A DNA stretch of 5,268 nucleotides from Nanobdellota archaeon (lineage in GTDB: Archaea; Nanobdellota; Nanobdellia; Nanobdellales; Nanobdellaceae), in contig JAIXNB010000049.1 of assembly GCA_020697515.1 (NCBI GenBank), positions 1 to 5,268 of the forward strand. The letters run 5' to 3'. The translations under genes and the position numbers were made by a program. Of the stretch, positions 1-5,069 are shown piece by piece; position 1 is the stretch's first letter; each line of letters begins with the position of its first letter. A model generated the notes under the pieces. That model saw nothing but the letters and a program-made list of their open reading frames with translations, made no database searches and was not told the DNA's origin.

Positions 1-26
1 GTGTTCTAGGTGATACCTCTACATTC

Positions 27-38
27 CGACTTTTTAAA
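27..38 (+). promoter_or_regulatory. BRE/TATA-like element (CGAC-TTTTTAAA). It would place a plus-strand transcription start near 60-66, at the foot of the 66-121 hairpin.
   Basis: TTTTTAAA at 31-38 matches the archaeal TATA consensus. The CGA..C-TTTTTA core recurs at 2101-2115 and 5219-5232. TATA-like strings are common in DNA this AT-rich. Confidence 0.2.
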
Positions 39-60
39 TGATACTAAAATTTGGAAACGG

Positions 61-121
61 TTGTTGCCCGGGTAACTCTTCCGCTTCATTTATTCTCATC
101 TACGGAAACCCTCCCCCGGGC
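61..121. ncRNA. Candidate structured small RNA: a GC-clamped hairpin (GCCCGGG 66-72 pairs with CCCGGGC 115-121). Strand and family are unresolved.
   Basis: A perfect 7-bp all-G:C inverted repeat encloses 42 nt, with an inner CCG/CGG pairing (81-83 with 102-104). Local GC content is well above the surrounding AT-rich spacer. No ORF from the track covers it. On the minus strand the stem is followed one nt later by ACA (64-62), and the loops are purine-rich with GA dinucleotides, which is H/ACA-like. On the plus strand a TATA-like box lies about 30 nt upstream. Confidence 0.25.
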
Positions 122-199
122 TTTAGGTATATTGTTATTTAAACTTTAATAATTAATGGGTAAATACACCATATATCAATAGGCATCTATTTAATAAAT

Positions 200-227
200 A
201 CTCTATATGTTATCATCTATATAGAGT
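200..227. repeat. Perfect 9-bp inverted repeat (ACTCTATAT / ATATAGAGT) with a 10-nt loop, just downstream of the tRNA-Val 3' end
   Basis: Positions 200-208 are the exact reverse complement of 219-227, with loop 209-218. It lies 16 nt beyond the tRNA-Val 3' end on the minus strand. Confidence 0.5.
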
Positions 228-243
228 GTATATAATCTATAAA

Positions 244-315
244 TGGGCCCGCGGGGATTCGAACCCCGGACCTCCCGGTAGTGAGCCGGGCGTCATACCG
301 CTAGACTACGGGCCC
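244..315 (-). tRNA. tRNA-Val, anticodon CAC
   Basis: The reverse complement folds as a 72-nt cloverleaf. Acceptor GGGCCCG/CGGGCCC, then U8 A9. D arm GUCU-AGCGGUA-UGAC. Anticodon stem CCCGG/CCGGG with loop CUCACUA. Variable region AGGUC. T arm CGGGG-UUCGAAU-CCCCG. Discriminator A. No encoded CCA and no intron. Confidence 0.9.
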
Positions 316-347
316 TATAAAAATTAACATTAAATTAAGTATTTTAA
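316..347. promoter_or_regulatory. Compact divergent promoter region with two opposed TATA-like boxes (TATAAAAA 316-323 on plus; TTAAAATA read on minus from 347 to 340)
   Basis: The plus-strand box starts 31 nt upstream of ATG 347, implying a leaderless mRNA. The minus-strand box starts 31-32 nt upstream of the tRNA-Val 5' end at 315. The whole intergenic gap is 31 bp. Confidence 0.35.
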
Positions 348-1240
348 TGATTTTAGAAAAAATAGTATCTCAGTATACTAATTATTTAACAATCCGCCAC
401 ATTAAGAAGAGATATAACATAAACACTGCGCAGAGGGTTTTAGTTCAATATATATTAAATAAAGAACAAATTTTTAGAGATGATGGAAAGGTTATTTATA
501 AAAATATCATCGAAGTTAGGGTAAACAAGAACTCTAGAGAACCTTTAAATTTACCAAAAAATGAAATAATTGAAAGATTAGAGAAGGAGAAGCATTTCCT
601 TATAGATCTTTCACTATATCACTTGCACCATAGGAAAGGGAAGAAGAGTCTGCTAATCCAGGTTTCTCAATCTTTAAAGGAAATAAGAGAATATCTATTT
701 GATACGAACTTGATTTTGATTGGAGATTTAGACTATTCCTTTCTAGGTAAGAATATGGTTAAGATATATAAAAACAGAAAAGAGTTCCTTTTTGAACGAT
801 TTAGAGGTATCATACTAGATCCATGCGCAGAGGATGTTTTAACCGATGAAGATATAAAAAAGTACGACTTATTTATCCTTGGAGGTATAGTAGATGTGGG
901 TCTAAATTGGCATGGAGCTACTAGTTACTTATTTAGGAATCTTGATTTACCACGAAAAAAGATAGTCTTGAACGGAAATATAAAAGGAGTTCCAGACCGT
1001 ATTAACATCCTCATAAAAGTAATTTTGGAGACATATTATAAAAATATTCCTTTGGAAAGAGCTATAGTTATGAATCAAACAAAAAAAGACATATTAGAAC
1101 GGGTTTGGTATGAGGTAAAACAACACAAAATTAATAATACTATAAAAAAGGAGAGTCTCAGAGAAATAATCAAGTATGTAAACGTCTCTGAAGAATGGTT
1201 AATAAGATTTTTAAAGAAACATAGAATACGCATAGAATGA
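347..1240 (+). CDS. trm10: Trm10-family SPOUT tRNA (purine-9 N1) methyltransferase, archaeal type
   Basis: 297-aa ORF. The C-terminal half carries the Trm10/SPOUT pattern: IILDP..(18 aa)..LFILGGIVD, then KKIVLNGNIKGVPDRINILIKVILE. From memory this lines up block by block with Sulfolobus acidocaldarius Trm10 (VILDP...VFVIGGIVD...GVPDEINKILEIIL). Its length is similar to the roughly 290-aa archaeal enzymes. Confidence 0.65.
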   Translation: MILEKIVSQYTNYLTIRHIKKRYNINTAQRVLVQYILNKEQIFRDDGKVIYKNIIEVRVNKNSREPLNLPKNEIIERLEKEKHFLIDLSLYHLHHRKGKKSLLIQVSQSLKEIREYLFDTNLILIGDLDYSFLGKNMVKIYKNRKEFLFERFRGIILDPCAEDVLTDEDIKKYDLFILGGIVDVGLNWHGATSYLFRNLDLPRKKIVLNGNIKGVPDRINILIKVILETYYKNIPLERAIVMNQTKKDILERVWYEVKQHKINNTIKKESLREIIKYVNVSEEWLIRFLKKHRIRIE

Positions 1241-2100
1241 AAACAAGACTCACAGAATACTTTCTAACTCTAATAGGAATTATATTCTACTTTTTAGCCA
1301 TAAATATTATAAATAAAATCATAAATATGCAGATATCAGATATACTTTCAGGCGATACAACATTTTTAATTTATGGAATTATATCTACAATATTTTTATC
1401 ATTAACAATAGTATTAGGACTATATATAAAGTATAAGTTATTGAGATACGTATATGCAACTATTTTGTTATTCTTAGCTTTGATTTTCAGTGTTCCACTA
1501 CTACTGAAAATTACATTTGCGATAATCCCAATATGTTTATTTCAAGAAGAACCAAATAAAATTATCCAGTCTATAAAAGTTGCGCCAATTTTTGTAGTTT
1601 TATTGTACTCTCTACTCATTTATTTACAGGGACCAAATGCTATAAAGAATTATGTAAATACGATGATAATAGAACCTTCAATAAAATTTACAGATAACTT
1701 AATAGAGCAGTTTACAAATGCTAGCTATAATTCAATTGCATACCAACAAAAGGAAATATTTCTAAAAGGCTATGATACTGCATTACACATTGTGTATGGA
1801 TATGCAATAAAAACCAATCAAGAAGAGGTCATAGATATTTTAAGAGTACTAAATGAGTATAGAGACAATATATCAAAAACTTATGATATGGAAATTGAGA
1901 AAAACAGATCACAATATATAATTCAATCTAAAAATAATATAATTCAATATATTAGAGATATATTTAATAGATACTTAGTGTATGTATTTGCAGCAACAAT
2001 TCTATTGATGTATAGTATTATAAATGCATATTTCACAATAATCTTAGTATTGGTTCACGCATTTGTTTCATTATTTAAAATAAAAATGAGGGAATATTAA
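1237..2100 (+). CDS. Uncharacterised multi-pass membrane protein with a soluble helical insert of about 110 aa
   Basis: 287-aa ORF whose ATG overlaps the upstream stop (ATGA at 1237-1240). There are at least four N-terminal hydrophobic spans: YFLTLIGIIFYFLAINII, FLIYGIISTIFLSLTIVLGLYI, YATILLFLALIFSVPLLL and VAPIFVVLLYSLLIYL. A polar region follows at about residues 130-245, then a long C-terminal hydrophobic segment (YLVYVFAATILLMYSIINAYFTIILVLVHAFVSLF). I recognise no family motif. Confidence 0.7.
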   Translation: MKTRLTEYFLTLIGIIFYFLAINIINKIINMQISDILSGDTTFLIYGIISTIFLSLTIVLGLYIKYKLLRYVYATILLFLALIFSVPLLLKITFAIIPICLFQEEPNKIIQSIKVAPIFVVLLYSLLIYLQGPNAIKNYVNTMIIEPSIKFTDNLIEQFTNASYNSIAYQQKEIFLKGYDTALHIVYGYAIKTNQEEVIDILRVLNEYRDNISKTYDMEIEKNRSQYIIQSKNNIIQYIRDIFNRYLVYVFAATILLMYSIINAYFTIILVLVHAFVSLFKIKMREY

Positions 2101-2119
2101 GACGATAACTTTTTATTTA
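2101..2119 (+). promoter_or_regulatory. BRE/TATA-like promoter for the TFS gene (GACGATAAC-TTTTTATTTA). Its T-tract could also terminate the upstream operon.
   Basis: The T/A box starts at 2110, 31 nt upstream of ATG 2141, which is leaderless spacing. It sits in the 40-nt gap right after the stop at 2098-2100. Confidence 0.4.
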
Positions 2120-2140
2120 GATCGTATACTATCTATAACC

Positions 2141-2449
2141 ATGAAGTTCTGTCCTAAATGTGGGACTCTAATGATATTAAAAAATAGTATATGGACCTGT
2201 CCTAAATGTGGATATGAAGAAAAAGGGGAATCTTCTGCAGTATTCGTTGAGAAATCTGAAAATAAAAATGAAATTACATTTATAGAAGAGTCCCCTGAAG
2301 TGTTACCAATAGACCAAGATATCAGTTGTCCTAAGTGTGGGAATAAGGGGGCATATTTTTGGTATATGCAAACTAGAGCAGGGGATGAAGCTGAAACTAG
2401 ATTTTACAGATGTCCTAAGTGTGGTTATACATGGAGGGAATACGATTAG
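2141..2449 (+). CDS. tfs: Transcription factor S (TFS; TFIIS / RNAP subunit M family), predicted cleavage-competent
   Basis: 102 aa with two zinc ribbons built from four CPKCG motifs. The C-terminal TFIIS-type ribbon has the signature QTRAGDEAETRFYRCPKCG, retaining the acidic D-E hairpin tip. Confidence 0.9.
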   Translation: MKFCPKCGTLMILKNSIWTCPKCGYEEKGESSAVFVEKSENKNEITFIEESPEVLPIDQDISCPKCGNKGAYFWYMQTRAGDEAETRFYRCPKCGYTWREYD

Positions 2450-2464
2450 TTAGTTTAGTTAGTA

Positions 2465-3061
2465 ATGGACATAAAGAAAATAAAAGAAAAACCTATAAAG
2501 TTCTTTAAAAAGCTCTTAGATTTTTTAAAATATGTATTTTTTGGGAAAGATTTAAAGAGTGACCTATTATTTTTTGGATTCTTATTATTGTTATATATAA
2601 CAATGAAAGTAACTTACCCATACCTTCTATCAGTTGTTATGTCTCCAAGCATGGAGCATACCAATTTCAATTATGAAAAATACTTGAGATATAATATTAC
2701 TGAAGAAGAAATAAAAAACTGGCCATTTATTAGGGGCATTAATAGAGGGGATATAGTTATAATTTTTCCTATAGAAGACCCGCTAAAAGATATTAAAGAA
2801 GGGGATGTCGTGCTCTATATAGGAGTAGATGGAAGACCAATAATGCATAGGGTTATTAAAATTGTTAATATATCAAATAGTGTCTGTTTCATTATAATGG
2901 GGGACAATAATCCCTCGCCCATATATTACCAAAAAGAAAACTGCATGCCCCCTGAGAGAATCATAGGAAAAGTAATTTTTAGAATACCATATTTGGGTAT
3001 ACCTAAAGTAATACTTACAGAGCTAATTAGTAAGATTTATCTCTGGTATCTAAGCAATTAG
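2465..3061 (+). CDS. Signal peptidase I, archaeal/eukaryotic Sec11 type (S26B)
   Basis: 198 aa with an N-terminal TM anchor (LLFFGFLLLLYITM). Box B is SPSMEH with Ser62. Box C is RGDIVIIF, followed by GDVVLY. Box D is MHRVI with His128, the Ser/His type with no bacterial Lys. Box E is GDNN at 146-149. Confidence 0.85.
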   Translation: MDIKKIKEKPIKFFKKLLDFLKYVFFGKDLKSDLLFFGFLLLLYITMKVTYPYLLSVVMSPSMEHTNFNYEKYLRYNITEEEIKNWPFIRGINRGDIVIIFPIEDPLKDIKEGDVVLYIGVDGRPIMHRVIKIVNISNSVCFIIMGDNNPSPIYYQKENCMPPERIIGKVIFRIPYLGIPKVILTELISKIYLWYLSN

Positions 3062-3063
3062 TC

Positions 3064-3765
3064 ATGGAGTGTAACCTTATAGGACATGGAGCAGAGGCAA
3101 AAATCTATTTGATATATGGGGAAAAGCAAAATGATAATTTTAAGTTTAGAATGACTAAAGAAGTTGTTGAGGAATTGAATAAAGATATTGTTTTTGATTA
3201 TGCTAAAGAAAGGATTGTTCTCAAATATAGATATAGAAAAAATTACCGGCATGAAATAATTGATAAGAACTTCAGAAAGTACAGAACAAGAAGAGAATCC
3301 AGGATTCTTAGTAGACTGAGTAATAAAATAAATGTTCCGCAAGTTATTTTGGTTTTGGAGGAAATAGGAGTGCTAGTTATGGAATATATAGAAGGTAGTA
3401 AACTATCAGATATTCTAGAAAAAGTAGAGTATATAAAAATAATGGAAGAAGTTGGTAGAATAGTTGGAATGATGCATAGTATAGGAATTGCTCATGGAGA
3501 TTTAACAACATCAAATTTGATACTTTCCAACAATAAAGTATATTTAATAGACTTTGGTTTAAGCTTTTTTACAAGAAGGATAGAAGACTTTGCAGTAGAT
3601 TTGCATCTTTTAAGAGAAGCTCTTGAATCCAAACATTGGAAAATTTATCAGGAAGCATTTAGTAATTTTTTAACAGGTTATAAAAAAACTTTTAATAGGT
3701 TTAAGGTAGTAATTAAACGGTTAGAAAATATTGAAAAGAGGGGTAGGTATAAAAACGTAAGCTAA
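3064..3765 (+). CDS. bud32: Bud32 / Kae1-associated kinase (KEOPS subunit), stand-alone form
   Basis: 233 aa. Motifs: GHGAEAKIY glycine-rich loop, VLKYRYRKNYRHEIIDKNFRKYRTRRESRIL, catalytic loop HGDLTTSNLIL, LIDFGLS, and a C-terminal RGRY tail. All are typical of the Bud32/PRPK atypical kinase family. Confidence 0.9.
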   Translation: MECNLIGHGAEAKIYLIYGEKQNDNFKFRMTKEVVEELNKDIVFDYAKERIVLKYRYRKNYRHEIIDKNFRKYRTRRESRILSRLSNKINVPQVILVLEEIGVLVMEYIEGSKLSDILEKVEYIKIMEEVGRIVGMMHSIGIAHGDLTTSNLILSNNKVYLIDFGLSFFTRRIEDFAVDLHLLREALESKHWKIYQEAFSNFLTGYKKTFNRFKVVIKRLENIEKRGRYKNVS

Positions 3766-4883
3766 TATTGTGTTATTATCTCTTCCAATTTTCTAGGAAC
3801 ATGCTTTATGTTCTTTATATCCTTAAGGCGTGTCCTAAGTAACTCTATACCTTTAGGTGTACCATACTCATGTTTATATTCTTTCCTAAGCAACTCAGTT
3901 ATTATATATCTCTTTAAACTTAGATATATGCTGTTGTAATCTCTTTCATGACATCTTTCACTTATATCCGCGGTTTTGTATATTCCTCCAATAGCCTTTC
4001 TATAGCTTGCTGAGATTATTGCTAACTCTGGGTCAGTTATCTCGCCTGTAGCTGCAACTTGTCTTAGTCCGAAATCTCCTAAGATAATTCCCATATCTAC
4101 TTGACGTTTCGCTAAGGTATAAAGAGTATTCAAAATACTATCCATTCCAAGATCCTCTATGGAAGACTCTAAAAGTGGATAAAAGTTTCGTATAACCAAA
4201 TAAGCTCGATCTACATTCGATAATTCGGACTTATACCCTTCCTGACTAGCAACAATCAAATCTAATTTGTGCCATTCCGGTATTAACAATAGAATGTATT
4301 CTGTGGCCATAGCAATCGCTCTTTTATTTTTAGCTATTATCTCTCCATTTTCCTTTATCGAAATCCTAAAAATCCTATCTATAGATGATACACTATCAAT
4401 CACAGGATATCTCATTTTTCCCGATTTATTCCAATAATAGTATACATGACTATTTTTATTGTACAGACGTGCCTCCCTTAGTACTAGCAACTCATTTTTG
4501 TTACTAGTAGACTCCAATAAGATGGCGGCTGGAATTTTTGTGAGGAACCCATCTATTCCCTTTAAGCGATCAAGAAAACCAGAATCCCTACGAGGAGACA
4601 GACGATATTCTTTGATAGATCCTAGAGATCTATCCCTTAAACGAACGACATAATGCTCTTTAAACTTTTTAGCCATCTTAAGATAGGTATCTATACTCAT
4701 AACTTGGGGTATTATCGCATGGTGGGCAGAGCTCTTAGTAAAGGTGGATTCTATATTAGTCTCTACAAGATTTTCTAAAAAACCATATGCATTGTAAAAT
4801 ATTTCAGATTCATCGACACGAGAGTATATATTATTTTCACAATAATAGAATCCTACCACTTCGTAATTAAGAAGATTCCTCAT
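3762..4883 (-). CDS. Hypothetical protein of 373 aa with no recognisable family
   Basis: A 1.1-kb uninterrupted ORF in very AT-rich, stop-rich DNA, which argues strongly that it is real. A TATA-like TTATATTATAAAAA lies 15-28 nt upstream of the ATG. There is no P-loop, HExxH, Cys cluster or other motif I can assign. Confidence 0.75.
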   Translation of the reverse strand: MRNLLNYEVVGFYYCENNIYSRVDESEIFYNAYGFLENLVETNIESTFTKSSAHHAIIPQVMSIDTYLKMAKKFKEHYVVRLRDRSLGSIKEYRLSPRRDSGFLDRLKGIDGFLTKIPAAILLESTSNKNELLVLREARLYNKNSHVYYYWNKSGKMRYPVIDSVSSIDRIFRISIKENGEIIAKNKRAIAMATEYILLLIPEWHKLDLIVASQEGYKSELSNVDRAYLVIRNFYPLLESSIEDLGMDSILNTLYTLAKRQVDMGIILGDFGLRQVAATGEITDPELAIISASYRKAIGGIYKTADISERCHERDYNSIYLSLKRYIITELLRKEYKHEYGTPKGIELLRTRLKDIKNIKHVPRKLEEIITQY

Positions 4884-4903
4884 TTCGCTGTAGTTACTTT
4901 TTA

Positions 4904-4938
4904 TAATATAACTTTTTTGGTATCACAGTGTTTATAAG
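4904..4938. promoter_or_regulatory. Divergent promoter region: TTATATTA (minus strand, 4911 to 4904) for the 373-aa ORF, and TTTATAAG (plus strand, 4931-4938) for tRNA-Leu
   Basis: The minus-strand box spans about -28 to -21 relative to ATG 4883 and is preceded by an A-rich BRE-like run. The plus-strand box starts 39 nt before tRNA position 1, implying a leader of about 8 nt. Confidence 0.3.
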
Positions 4939-4969
4939 AGTGCTTTACTAAGAAATATAAAAATAACGT

Positions 4970-5053
4970 GCGGCGGTGCCCGAGCGGTCAAAGGGGCCGG
5001 GTTGAGGTCCCGGTGGCTAAGGGCCGTCCGGGGTTCGAATCCCCGCCGCCGCA
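4970..5053 (+). tRNA. tRNA-Leu, anticodon GAG (type II, long variable arm)
   Basis: 84-nt cloverleaf. Acceptor GCGGCGG/CCGCCGC. D arm CCC-GAGCGGUCAAA-GGG. Anticodon stem CCGGG/CCCGG with loop UUGAGGU (G37). The 15-nt variable arm UGGCUAAGGGCCGUC has a GGCU/GGCC stem. T arm CGGGG-UUCGAAU-CCCCG. Discriminator A. No encoded CCA and no intron. Confidence 0.9.
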
Positions 5054-5069
5054 CATTAAACAATTCATT

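Noticed and set aside
37-44. AATGATAC, identical to the first 8 nt of the Illumina P5/universal adapter
   Set aside because: The match stops after 8 nt (TAAAAT follows instead of GGCGAC). An AT-rich 8-mer is expected by chance. Unlike the right end, the left end shows no adapter.
38-142. 34-aa ORF (MILKFGNGCCPGNSSASFILIYGNPPPGFRYIVI) spanning the GC-clamped hairpin
   Set aside because: Its ATG overlaps the only upstream TATA-like box, so it would not be included in a transcript from that promoter. It uses GC-rich codons (CCG, CCC, GGC, TGC) that the real genes here avoid. The region is better explained by RNA structure. A real micro-protein cannot be excluded without ribosome profiling.
2149-2424. 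Four copies of a 14-nt repeat TGTCCTAA(A/G)TGTGG (2149-2162, 2198-2211, 2327-2340, 2411-2424)
   Set aside because: Fully explained by the four CPKCG zinc-knuckle motifs of the two TFS zinc ribbons using the same codons. It is not a DNA-level repeat element.
2446-2462. Direct repeat TTAGTTAG-T-TTAGTTAG between the TFS and signal peptidase genes
   Set aside because: A 17-nt low-complexity spacer rich in TAG triplets. It is too short to call a functional repeat and has no Shine-Dalgarno-like content. It is probably just a stop-rich intergenic filler.
3058-3342. 94-aa ORF on the minus strand
   Set aside because: It is entirely antisense to the well-supported Bud32 N-terminus and the signal peptidase end. 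Its composition is low-complexity (Phe/Ile/Asn-rich), typical of the shadow frame of an AT-rich gene, and it has no motif.
4614-4634. Perfect 8-bp hairpin GATAGATC-ctaga-GATCTATC inside the 373-aa ORF
   Set aside because: It lies within coding sequence (encoding part of RDRSLGSIKE on the minus strand), is short, and nothing flanking it suggests a regulatory role. It is probably coincidental.
4459-4653. 64-aa ORF on the plus strand
   Set aside because: It is fully nested antisense within the 373-aa minus-strand ORF. Its Arg/Ser-rich translation is what the complement of an Arg-rich coding stretch looks like. There is no independent start context.
3762-4883. Reading the 373-aa protein as a protein kinase (ILGDFGL), a nucleotidyltransferase/ligase (KGIDG) or a HEPN RNase (RKEYKH)
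   Set aside because: Each string is isolated. No glycine-rich loop or HxD..N catalytic loop lies at kinase spacing from the DFG. KGIDG has one residue too many for KxDG and lacks the downstream ligase motifs. A single Rx4H occurs easily by chance in a Lys/Arg-rich tail. The protein is kept as hypothetical.
5028-5046. 19-nt exact inverted match between the two tRNA genes (251-269 and 5028-5046)
   Set aside because: Both copies are the conserved T-arm (CCGGGGUUCGAAUCCCCGC). This is expected similarity between tRNAs, not terminal inverted repeats or att sites. By eye I found no partial tRNA 3'-end duplication that would indicate an integrated element.
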